Shown here piece after piece: positions 25,301-36,878 of a stretch of 64,000 nt of DNA (its first letter is position 1; the number at the start of each line of letters is the position of its first letter). Made by a program: the position numbers and the translations under genes. The notes under the pieces were generated by a model. The model was not told where the DNA came from. It ran no database searches and saw nothing but the letters and a program-made list of their open reading frames with translations. Source of the stretch: Takakia lepidozioides (taxonomy: Eukaryota > Plantae > Bryophyta); NCBI GenBank assembly GCA_030704615.1, contig CM060734.1, positions 40,672,001 through 40,736,000 of the forward strand. Direction: 5' to 3'.

Positions 25301-25412
25301 AGCCACCATGCTGGTGTGTGATCGATGCTCAAGGGGTTGGCATATGGGATGCTTGACACCACCTCTTGAGAAGGTTCCTGACGGAGATTGGTTGTGTCCA
25401 CACTGCTTGGGA
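22400..25412 (+). pseudogene. E1 RT - RNase H - DDE integrase - PHD finger (frameshifted)
   Basis: RMCGDYR, LDLRSGYHQL, PFGLKNAP, YIDD; HTDWS..YSSYEGECLA..TDHQPL; HEELGH..CMVC, WSLDF, TDQGREF, AERVVQTVK; CMLC..CDRCSRGWHMGCLTPPL..GDWLCPHC. Confidence 0.93.
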
Positions 25413-25664
25413 TAGTGGCAGTGGACATGACTGGAGGCAGCTAACAAGACATGGGAGGCCAAGCTCATAGGAGTCAATACATGAGATCCCAAGCTCAAGT
25501 TCACAGGTTGCAAGACGGCGACTAACGATGGGGCAACTCTTGCACCCGGCCTCTTGATCTATCGAGTTTGAGTGTAGTAGGGATAGTGGTGGAGGACTTA
25601 GTGAGGCTATGGTCACTATCACATCTTGTGGCTACCTGGACTTAGAGGGACCTAAGCACCAGCT

Positions 25665-25675
25665 AGGGGGGCGAT
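25665..25675 (+). promoter_or_regulatory. E1 polypurine tract
   Basis: aggggggcgat immediately before TGTG of B1; same motif in E2 (57140-57150) and E3 (53269-53279). Confidence 0.8.
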
Positions 25676-26380
25676 TGTGTGGACTAGTGACTGCCATAGT
25701 GGGCAGCGTAGTGGCAGCCTAGTGACTGACTAGTTGTAGCCTAGTGGTTGGACTAGTGGCTGGACTAGTGGTGACTAGTGGTATACTAGTGTGTGGTGTG
25801 CACATGTGTTGTGTGGTTTTGGACAGCGATGTAGTTGTGTAGCGATATGTATGCGCACGACAGCTGTCAAGTTATTTTACCACTAGTGTGAAACTAGCTA
25901 GGAAATAGCTAGCTTTTACATATTGACATTTGGGATTGGCCCAAGTGTCAATCCAGGGGTCAAGGCAGATTTAGGCCCTGGAGTGGTTATCTTCACGGCA
26001 AGCGCGGAGGCTCATCTTTCTCGAGTTGAGCCTCACCGCGCCTAGCTATGGCGCCGTAGTGTGGATTCCCCATGGCGTGGGGTGCACTTGGCTTGACTTG
26101 TATTTGAGTGATGAGGTTATATATGCATGAGTTTATGCTTCAGCTTTGTGAGCTCGCATGAGCTTGTGCTTGTATTCTTCTTCTTTATCTATTGTGTGGA
26201 CTAGTGACTGCCATAGTGGGCAGCGTAGTGGCAGCCTAGTGACTGACTAGTTGTAGCCTAGTGGTTGGACTAGTGGCTGGACTAGTGGTAGACTAGTGGT
26301 ATACTAGTGTGTGGTGTGCACATGTGTTGTGTGGTTTTGGACAGCGATGTAGTTGTGTAGCGATATGTATGCGCACGACA
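25676..26380 (+). repeat. E1 3' terminal block B1-gc-A2-B2
   Basis: B1 25676-25862 matches B2 26193-26380; junction GACAGCTGTC at 25859-25868. Confidence 0.95.
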
Positions 26381-26599
26381 AAAGCTTCTTGGACATAATG
26401 GAATCAAGGAGGAAAGGCGGCACAGTAAAAAAGAAGTCCCAAACTTGGGAGACATTGTCTTCATTCCTCACTCTGGTAAATTCCTTATCCACTCCCGTAC
26501 TTGTCATTTGGTTCTTGCACTGTGGTTAAATGTCATTTGAATTGGATTGCTTTGGGGGGTGAAGGCTGGGAAAGGTCCATTGTGGGTAAACGGAGAGAA

Positions 26600-27620
26600 A
26601 AAACCCTTTGCCTGCGAGCTCGTTGTTGTGGACATTCTAGACGGGCTTTCAGTCCCAGATCTTCCACCGAAAGGTGTCACTCCAGCCTGAAATGAATGGG
26701 ACGAGCGCTACTGGCCCTGGGTCTTCAAGTTCTGTGGGAACTTCTTGGCTGACAATGGGTGTTTGCTCATCCTACAAGTTGCCAATGCAAAGTGCCGACG
26801 ACTACTGTCCAGTTTCCTGAAGTCTGGTGGGATGAAGGTGATTAAAAGCTGGAATGGAGTTAATAGTCTCCCACTTACAAAGGGGGATTTCCCAGGCCAG
26901 AAGGTATGTCGTATCCTCCATTTCATTAAATCTTCTAGAAATGTTTCCCGTGTTTGGATAACTTTATTTTTCTTCTGCGCTGTCAATCTTCTCTTGCATC
27001 CTTGCGTTGACGAAATCGTAGTGCAAGGTTGTCATCTGCTACCTACCTTGATGTTGCCTTGGCGCTCACCTCATTGAGTCCGGTGTTTTCATTTCGTAGA
27101 CATGAGCTTTTGATGCACACTGTCTCATAAGAGAACGTCACCCATCCACACTGTCATCTGTTAAGGAGTTCCAGGTCTTGAAAGGGGGAACGCATGTTGA
27201 CTCGTCCTGCGATCCCGTGGATGATGATTTTATCTACAACTACGTGGACGCCTCACTTACTGTGCTGCGGAATTCGAGAGAGCCATGGAGAGGTGCACGG
27301 GAAAAGAGTCTTGCATTCATGCAGATAGTCATTGAGTCTTGCAGTGTTGAAGGGTCCCGTGTTGTTGACCTCACTCTTGGAACAAGTTCGGGCCTTCACA
27401 CTCTAGCAATAATCTGCCTTCATTGTTGTAGTTGGAAAGTGCAGGTTTGTGCGTATATCTTGGCTCATTTGGTTTATTCGTCTGGCAGAGGCATCGTTCC
27501 ATGCCTACAAGGCTGCTGGAAGGCATATGTTTGCCTTTGAGGGGAATGGAGAGCTGTACAAAGAGGTAATTGCTCCCCTCCATGAGATCGTATGTTATGC
27601 TGAGGCTGCAACAAGAACAT
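26600..27620 (+). pseudogene. Beta-class amino (N4C/N6A) DNA methyltransferase-like domain
   Basis: ELVVVDILDG (degenerate motif IV); FLADNGCLLI; then PWRGAREKSLAFMQIVIESCSVEGSRVVDLTLGT / phase-1 intron 27386-27488 / ASFHAYKAAGRHMFAFEG (motifs X-I-II). Confidence 0.6.
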
Positions 27621-28704
27621 TTGCTCTCGAAACATCTCCCCCTAGACAGGTTTGTGGCAGGAATGGACGTGTGCATAGTGGGACGATGGTGTTCATTGAT
27701 AGTCGTGCTTCAGTTTCCAATGCAAGCTCCTCTACCAGTGGATCTGGACAATCGAAATGACCCATAAATTTTCGGACTTTCTATGGATAATGAAGCAATA
27801 TCGACTTCTATGGTTTCAATAATGCCTATGACTCTCGACCTGTTCTTCTATTCAAAACTTCCTTCTTCATGTATGTTCGTTCATCCATCCTACAGACGTC
27901 AACAATAGAAAATCTCAACATCCACATTCTTTTCAAGCATTCATCCAATGAGATGAGCATGCATTAATCCATCAATGTGCTGGATTGCATCCGTGAACAT
28001 CCAAAATTCATTCATCAAACTCACACCATCAACCAAAATTTCATCTAGCTTCCTTCATTTATCATCCATCAACTTTCATCCATTATTCATCCAACATCCA
28101 CCCTCCATTCATCCGCTTTCCATCCGCTTGCTGCCATTGTCTCTTCTACGTTGTTGCAAACTACTGCCTTGTTGTGTGCAGACTTTCCCGCAGATACAGG
28201 TCCCGCATGGTTTTTCCATCCGCGGTTACAGGCCCTTGCGGTGACATTCATCCTCATCCATGAGAATCTTACCGCTCACGGATTGGTATCTTCACACTCA
28301 CGAATCTTTCCGCTCACGTGAGCCGCTCACAGTTTAGCATCCCCCGATACAGGGTAGTGGTCGGAGTTGCATATGCTATGGATATGCACGTGACTAAAGA
28401 GGTAGGATGGAATTGTGTTGTTTGTTTTGAGGTAGAAAACACAATTTTAAGTAAATCTGGACTAAAGTTTGGTCCAGAAATAAGGAGAAATATCTGAATA
28501 TGTATTTTTTAAATCATTTAAATGAATTTAAATGGATCATTTTAAATGTAAATATAAAGATATAAATAATTGTTTGTCTATTAATATATAATATGAGCAA
28601 TAAAGAAACATTATGTATAAACTTCAGGAGAAAAAATAGTTTCTATTTGGCTCATAAAGCAAGTTCCACTGTTCACTCGACGTTTAGTAAGAGTTGAATG
28701 AGAT

Positions 28705-28925
28705 ACCAACAGTCAATAGCTCAGTTGGTGAAGTGCAATGAGTGCCACCAAGATGATGATGGGGTCAAATCTTGCTACTGACGAGTGTGGTATGTTCCTG
28801 GGTGTGTCCCATTCCAACGCCACATGGCGGGGTTACTATGAAAGAGGTTATACTATTAAGGGGGCCTGATTTGTAAGCTGTCGCTCCCAGGTGTTTCCAT
28901 TACATTAAAAAATAAATAAATAAAA
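28705..28925 (+). mobile_element. tRNA-derived SINE-like element
   Basis: A box tagctcagttgg, degenerate B box ggtcaaatc, A-rich tail; head and tail recur at 39252 and 39888-39959. Confidence 0.65.
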
Positions 28926-31219
28926 CGGGTGTCGGGTGATAACTCGTCTCATAATCCGCGGCCTGATGGATGATTGGAGCACCAGTCATATTCGTAACCG
29001 CGACTGAGCTTACGAAGGCCGTTACTATGTAACGTACAAGACAAATCAATCAAATATGTAAGGAAAACATGGCACAATGACACAATACCATGAAATGAAA
29101 TGAAAGACAATGGGGAGACATTGATGATAAACAACCAGGTTTTATTTCAGAACTATGTCAATTTGAGTAAGTATCGCCCCATGCGGCATGGACCAATACA
29201 AGTAACGTAAACCATGTCAATGAGAGTATCAACTTCTAGAAGGAGGGCTGAACTCCGTTAGCACAAGACGATGTTGGCCGACGTACTTATGATGAGAATA
29301 TTTTGAGGAAAGTCATTACCCAAAATCACGATATTTTGACAAGGTTGGAGGGACCATTTTCAAATCTGTATTCTTCCGTTGTTCCGAAGGTTGATGGAAG
29401 AAGTCCTTGAAATGTTGTCTCGAGAATCGTTGATATGGTGACGACCTCACAAAAAATACCTCCAATATTACGCCAACCAACAATGTCTTGTGCGACCGAA
29501 GTTCAGCTGTACTTCTTGAAGAATTGGTGGTCTTGCAGACTTTTAGTGAACCGCGAAGATGATGAATTATTCATATGCTCTTCAAAACATAATGTCCAAG
29601 TAACTGACCCTAGAGTAAGATGCTGAAAGTATCCAATTGGGGAATAAGTATGCTGCTCGTATGCTTCTGGAAAGTGGCTCGGTGGCGAGTACGTTGATGG
29701 AGAGAGTGACGTTTCTGCGAAATCTTCAAGAAAATAGTGTCGGGTGACTAGTCGAGGTTCATCTGTGACGGGCTGTGGTACTTCTGACGATTTACTGTAA
29801 AACACTCGTAAACTGATCACCAACTAAATAATCTCCAACTGACTAACCACCAACTAACTGATTAGAGCTGTCACAAGCAATGTAAAAAATCCTATTTACT
29901 GCTAGGTGTTTGATGTTATTGTTGTTCCTGTAGCTGAATTGTATAGTAGTCATTTTGCTATTCCCATGTGAACAGTATCAGGTCCCCAGAGACTGTCATA
30001 TTCAGACTCCCGTATCAGCCACGGCCCACCATCATCGACCAATATAAAACCATCAGCTGCATATCAGCTGACAACTAGATCTTCGATTCATTGTATGCAA
30101 CTCCAGATAAACACCCTAGCCCACAGTAGTTGGCCAGCAGCTTGAGATATTTCCCCGGGCTGTGATTGAATGAACTAGAGATTTCATTCTTAGCTGATGG
30201 TTTCATGTAGGTGGTGCCTGATTCCGATTTCTGAATATGGCAGTCTCACTGGACCTGATGTTGTTGGAATGGGAATAGCAAAAAGACTCCTATAGAAATC
30301 AGCTACATGAACATACGCGGTATCAAGCACCTTGAAGTACATATGATTGTTGAGATTGTTTGCACAGATTGTTTGCACAGATTGTTTGCATAGATTGTTA
30401 GCGACGGTGTTCCTCCTTTGGCGTCCAGTCCAAATGAAAACGAGAATGTGGAGATTGACGTTCAATTGCTGACATTCTGCCTCCTCGTAATACCATTTTG
30501 GTGTGCAATGATGGACATCAGAACAGGTCAGCTCTTAGAAAAGCACGCTTGATCGCGCGATGTTAATCGTTGGTGTTTCTCAAAAAAATAATGGATCTCC
30601 AAACGAAGGATATAGGAACCAAATAAAACACCACGAGGATGCTGTCAATTGTTGGAGATCGGATTATGCAAGCAGGGAGAATGACTTCAAACAACTTAAA
30701 GACTAGGATTATAAGATACTTGAACAATCCGCCAGGGAACAAGTGACACCATCAGCCTCGATGATTTGAGTGCGTGTTCTAAAACACATCAATGAATCAT
30801 CCAGGATGATGGTATGAAATATTCCGGGACGGATTATCCGAATACCTTGAGTTCCCTCTCTGTAACTGACCTGAAGTAACTCACTATGCCTGCAAAATCA
30901 TTTGAAAAGATATGATTTCTTTGCACTCCACCCCAACTAATTCACACCTAGAAGCTGCAATGAGACCTGAAGACGAAGTTGTAGGATTTTGAGCATCACC
31001 TACCCCCGGACATATTGGGGTTGTCTAGGATACCAGTTGTTTACAAAACCTTGAGACCTCTTTTGCTTCTTCCCAAATAGTACTGGATCCTTCTAGGTGT
31101 TAAGTATGTCGTGCTCTCTCTCAAGACTATGGCCATGAAATTACTGTGTAATATGTATAGAGGAAGAAAAACCGGGGGAAAGTGAGGGGGAACGTGAAAG
31201 GAGAAGCGCATAAATGGTC

Positions 31220-31425
31220 ATTGGGGGACTCTTTGAACCGTTACGTATCGGGGAGAAAAAAATTTGGAGGACTCTTCGAACCGTTACATATCGGGATATC
31301 GGGCAAAAAGAGTCATTGGGAGACTCTTCGAACCGTTAGGTATCGCGCATAAAGAGTCCTTGGGGGACTCTTTGAATCGTCACGTAACGGGGAGAAATGG
31401 TCCCCCAATGACTCTTTGAACCAGT
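31220..31425. repeat. About five spaced copies of a gactct(t/c)gaaccgtta..tatcg motif
   Basis: Units near 31223, 31268, 31318, 31362 and 31410; probably TE subterminal repeats. Confidence 0.7.
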
Positions 31426-33249
31426 ATGTATGATTGATCGAGAGAGAATACTAGTGAAGATAGTTGACTTTAAGCTCAACGATCTAATTGGACGATACGT
31501 GATGGCCAGTTTCTGAAGGAAGTATGCGGTCATAGAGCAAAAATGACGGTAGCAGATAGAAGCGAGAAAGTTGTGGGTGTTGGCATCAATTGCACCCTTC
31601 CTCGCTTCAGTCATGGCCTGATTTGTGATGCTCGCAAGGTTAAACTCACCCCCTAGTTTCAACATTTTTTGTTACTTTGTGAGACAATCCCTGCATACAC
31701 CTAGCACTGTGCACACGTGGACATGTGCTTATTTTATTTTATAAATGTTATCATTTCATATAGAAATGATCGTCAGATTTGTTTTAGTTACATGTAATTT
31801 TTTTTAAAAAAAATTTGGCGGTCACCGCGTGTACTTTGTTCAAAATAAATTCAAGCGACCGCCGAATTTTGGCGGTCACTTGAATTTATCTTTTTGTAAA
31901 ACACAAGCGACTGCCGCAATTTGGCGATCCCACGTATGTATGTATGTATTTATATATTAGCGACCACGGAAATTTGGCGGTCGCATGTATTTATTGAATT
32001 ACTTAAATATAAACGATCGCCGAAATGCGGCTGTTGCATGTATTTAGTTATTAATTTTAAAAATTTGCAACTACTGAAATTCGGTGATCGCAAATATTTA
32101 TGGTTTTTAAAAATAAAAACGATCATTGAATATCGACGGTCTCTAGTGTTGTTTTAAAAAAAATAGAAGCGACCGTCGAATATCAACGGTTGTAAGTATT
32201 TTTTATGTTATTAAACTGAAGCGACCCCAAAAAACGGTGGTTGTTTATTTATTTATCAAAGTGCATGCGACTGTCAAATTCAGCAGTTTAATTTTAAAAA
32301 AACCCCCGAAAAATCATAGAGAGGTACGACTGGCCAGTCATGTGGACATGTGGCGAGGCGCGATTGGCTAGTTGCTCTTGATTGGCTATATAAACCCTCC
32401 CATCCCTCTATGTTCACTTTTGCTCTTATGTGAAAGTGATTGACTGGCTTTCTGTAGTTTTCGGACTTTATTGCTTGAGACCACGCACGGGAGGCGCAAA
32501 GGTGTTTGCTTGGGAGGGAAAAAGTTTTTGTCGTTTCTCCATCTCGTCAATCCCACTTTTTTTCGTCTCTCTTCATTGTTTTATCGATCTTGTATGGTTT
32601 TTTTTAAAAATGTTTTTATAGAATATAACATCTACACGACCATTATTTTCTTTTCATCACATGTAGTGGGCAAACAAAGTATATAATATGGGGGAATGTG
32701 AGCTCAAACACTGGGCCGAGGGATTTGTATGGGAGTCGGGGTAAAAATAGGAAGAAAAAACATGCCCACGAGTGAGATAGGCAGGTCAACGCGCAAGACT
32801 ATCCAGGAAAAAAAATTGTAAATGAGGTGGTACGGAATTATTTAAAAGAAATGACATAATGAGGTTACAAAGTTCTTATGTCTGGCATGGATATGAGAGG
32901 TTCCGTCTTTTCTAGCAGAATATAGAGAGGGGAATGAGAGAGGCTTTGATTGAAGATGTAGTGAATATTCACAGAGTGGGTCAAGAGTAGGACAACTAAC
33001 GCTATATAGAATTTGAGGCAGCTAATCAAGACGATTGTTATAAAATGCAACAGCCCCACACTACCCGAAGTCACACTTGTTGACTTTCGCGACACCTCTC
33101 CACTTTGCTCTCTGCTCCAAATTCGGACGGACGTTCAAAATTAGCCTCCTTATAAAAGTGACAGCCCACAAAAGAAAAACCCATTATGGACCTGTCATGT
33201 GTCGTCATGCAAACAGCGTCCGCCACACCGACAAACCAACAAATCGATC

Positions 33250-33282
<33 letters not shown>

Positions 33283-34738
33283 GGTGGCGCATGTTGTATC
33301 GCGCAACGTAGTGGAATTGCATGGTACTGCAACGTGCCAGCATTAAGAAAAAAAAAATGGATTTTTTTTGCGGCAACGACGTCTGTCAGCGCTACGATAT
33401 GTGGCAACACATCAATTATTATTATTATTATTATTTCATTTTCAGACGGTGCCTGTCCGCACTTTGCCACGTGGTAGAATATCAAACTCAATTTATTTTT
33501 ATATTTTTATATTTATTAGTTTTTGGTTTTCGGCGGCGCCTGTCCGCGCTGTGGTAGCATCTTGCGGAGCGACGGGGGACGGTGGCTACGCCAGGTATTT
33601 TACTTTTTTATTTTCTATTTTAATGCTCAAATGACCGCTGGTGCCGGCGACAATTGGATTATTTTATTTTATTTGTTTTTGTTTTTTTTTCATTCACGCG
33701 TAGTAACAGTTTTCGACAAAGAAACACACACACACTCTCTCTCTCCCTCTCTCTATCTTTCTTTTCGACAAAGATGGTACCGTGACTGACAAAAAGAGGT
33801 TTAAGAGTCTCCGAAAGAGTGTTATCTTCTCTACTTTGTAGTAGGGACACGGACTTGGTTACCTCACAAACTCCGATGGTTGTGTTGAATATCCAGTTGT
33901 TGTTGATGCTATTGTGGCTGTGGGAGGGTATATGTACAAAGTTACAGCCCTAGCCTTATCAGCACCTCCGGCAGGTATGGGGCCGTTTGAGGATATCTGT
34001 TTTTTTTATTCGCTTTGTTTGGATAGTGTAGGTTTGTTCCATCCACGGCTTCAGACTCCTTGCTTGATTATCGTGAACACAAAGTGTATCATGGATAGTG
34101 CACTTAGTTTTTGGAAGGATTTTCAAACCCTGTTTGTTTCTATCATTATTAGACATTGTCACCTTCGAAGCACCTCTGATTGAGTAGTTTTTCTTTACTG
34201 GCTATTAGAAAGCACTGCGTGTGCGTCCATTATAGTTAGGGTTTTTCATCCACGATTTGGTTGTGTCGTATCTGGTTTACTCTGTTCTGTGCGGTTATTA
34301 CGATCTTCCTTTGAGGGTACTGCATGTAGGCATGCAGGGGTTTCACACTTCATCTCATTTGGATGTTCTTTGGCTGTGTCTTTGTGTTCTTTATGCTCTC
34401 TATTCCATGTTTGGCCTATGGTATGCACATGATTCTTCTACAACCATATAGCCAGTCCTTCTCCAATATCTTTTTCCATCTTCTCAAATTCCCGACCAGT
34501 TTCGTTTTTTCATCTTCGTTGTTTCTACCAGATTGTGATGATCTTTCTCAAGAATGAATCAACTGTATGTTGCTCCCACAAAAACCTGACTTCCTACGGA
34601 ACGAGTACGACTTAGGATCTTATTCCCTGTGCAGCATAGAAAACTTCCCGTGTTAAAGAAAACCTATCATGAGATACGTAGGTAGAAGCCTAAGGTGGCA
34701 GAGAGGTTTCCGATCGAGACAGATGATTCAAGCTACCT

Positions 34739-35900
34739 GTGCATTTGACAGGAGCCTTGGATGACCAATTTGGCCAACCAACAGTTTACAATGGATACAT
34801 CATTCAGCTGCTATTTGAGTTGTGGAGGTCATATAGCACACACACTTTTGTGTACCAATGGTTGTTCAACTGTGATGAAAAGACAGGAAATAGTCGTTCC
34901 GCATCTATTAAAATTATGTTAAGACCTGGTACGCTCATCACAACGTTTGGATGTACCTTTCTTATTGATGAGGACAAGCTAAATTTCAGTCTTGATGCTG
35001 CTGAAAATGATCTTAGGGCAAAGGTGAAGCCACTTTTCACCATGTTTTACGGAGAGGTGCAATTCATTCTAGGCTACACAGCGGCAGACATAGAATTCCA
35101 GTGGGTTTACATTGGCAAGTATGGCCAGATCAGAAGAGTCGGTCCACGTCTTGACCTGTCAATTGAATCCGGTCGCTGCGAGTTTTTGTTCAGCATCGGC
35201 TATGCCAATCAATTAATTAAGAAAGTGGTAGACTTAGTCCCTGATGTGTTAGACCGCCGTACTATGTTCACTGAGGATATTGAAGGAGATAGGATAATAT
35301 ATTTATATCCTGATAGAGTTTGTAAGTCCATCAAGAACTTTAACAGTTTTGGTGAGGATCACATGACCGCATTGGATGTGATACTGAGGGCTTACGAAGC
35401 TGGAGAAAGATATCTCTCCCTTCCGTGTTTAATAAGAGAAATTTTGAACGAGGTCCCCATAAATCGTATAAGAACTTACATAGTTGAGATTAGTCCTCTT
35501 GGACACCAGCCTATATTGAGGTCCGAGCGAGATACCAAGATATTGGCCAAGAATGTGTGTGAAGCCTTCTATGTCCTCCATGAGGAGGGCCTCGTTCACA
35601 GGGATATCCGACTCCCTAATATTTTGTAGGTATCAGAGGAGCAGTTCATGTTAATTAACCTAGAAACAGTCGCATTATCCCATTTCCAAGTGCCAGAAGG
35701 ATTTCAACATTTCTCATACTGGAACATTGAGATATTGGAGGGTAGCTTTTACACGCCCATGTCAGATATGTATCAGCTTGAAAGACTTTTGGAACAGTGA
35801 GCACCTGCGATAACTACGAGTACAGAATCTGCTCAACAATTTATAAGGAAGTTTAAATCAAAGGCACTGCAGCGGAAACATTGATTCATCATTGGCTATC
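34739..35900 (+). pseudogene. Crinkler (CRN)-like REase + protein kinase pseudogene
   Basis: LRPGTLI..FLIDEDK..AAENDL..FYGEVQFILGYTAA (REase-like); LHEEGLVHRDIRLPNIL*..FMLINLE..YTPMSDMYQL (kinase); in-frame stops. Confidence 0.6.
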
Positions 35901-36494
35901 AGATCTTATTCCATAGGTTTATATTAATCCGCAGAGTATATAAGGTTTGATAAACAATTTCATAGCATGTGAGCGAAAGAGTGGACATCTGTTGGGGATA
36001 CGCGATGAGCACAAAGGTAATCAAAGCGCACATCATGGTAAGTACCAGTGTTGGGCGAGTATATTGATTTCAATATATTCTTAAGGTATAAGTAAATTTT
36101 TTTTGTCAAATTATTTATCCTCCTGGTATAGATAAATTGAAATCTCAAAAATTATTTACCCTTTGGGTATGGGTAAATTAACTTTTCAGATTTCTATATA
36201 ACCCCCGATTATGGATATATATGCCAAAATATCATTATCCTGAGGGTATGAATAGTTTCTAGGTATGGATAGTTATTTCAATTACTATATAATTTAATGG
36301 TTTATGTTCTTCAATACGTATGTACAAAACATTAAAAAAAACAATCTATGGTAAGAGAAAAAATTGATAAGATATTGCATAATATTTTGGTTTTAATTCC
36401 CAATGAAAGATGGAGGAGGTTTGCGATTTATAAAATTAAAAATAAATAAAATCCCCCCTCAAGGACCTAAATTTGGGCTGTTACTCCTAGATTT

Positions 36495-36535
<41 letters not shown>

Positions 36536-36878
36536 GCGAGATCTGAAGAGGTATTCTTTGGGTTATATGACATTTTAGGAATGATATATATGTAGCATTT
36601 GTTTTAGCTGGGATTGGAGCTTTCTTATAGCTGCTCCCTAACGACACAAAAAAAGAGAAAAGACCTAGCACATAAAGGCAATGAAGACACATAAAGACCC
36701 TCATAAACCCTTCATTTTAAGATATACCCTTCATAAAAGTATGGTTTATTGAGCGTCTTGATACAGGTAAATATAAAGATAAGGGTATATCATAAAATAT
36801 ATACCCTAATATAAGGGTGTACATCCGGGTACCTAAACTTGCCACACCAGGGTATATATATATATATATCCGTCTTAA

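Larger units (their letters stand above)
15452..26380 (+). mobile_element. Ty3/Gypsy retrotransposon E1 with split repeats (A-int-B-A-B), DNMT and PHD
   Basis: TGTC...GACA ends; A1 15452-15776, B1 25676-25862, A2 25865-26189, B2 26193-26380; order gag-PR-DNMT-RT-RH-INT-PHD. Confidence 0.93.
12790..27620 (+). pseudogene. Multi-exon ParB-like + amino-methyltransferase-like gene, interrupted by E1
   Basis: ParB-like exon ~12790-13258 (VWDGNHRLLAW); GT-AG introns; further exons to 15451; resumes at 26381; MTase-like exons ~26600-27620. Exon boundaries are approximate. Confidence 0.55.

Noticed and set aside
25676-26380. DIRS/Ngaro tyrosine-recombinase element suggested by split repeats
   Set aside because: No YR ORF seen; protease, Gypsy RT, HHCC-DDE integrase, PPT and (in E2, E3) TSDs are present.
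26193-26380. B2 as a chance tandem duplication or truncated second element
   Set aside because: The same geometry and end point recur in three independent insertions, and TSDs flank B2 in E2 and E3.
28716-28775. tRNA gene
   Set aside because: No convincing cloverleaf, degenerate B box, and continuation into a shared tail with poly(A); better explained as a SINE.
29000-31100. Possible decayed minus-strand coding region
   Set aside because: No motif could be assigned by eye.
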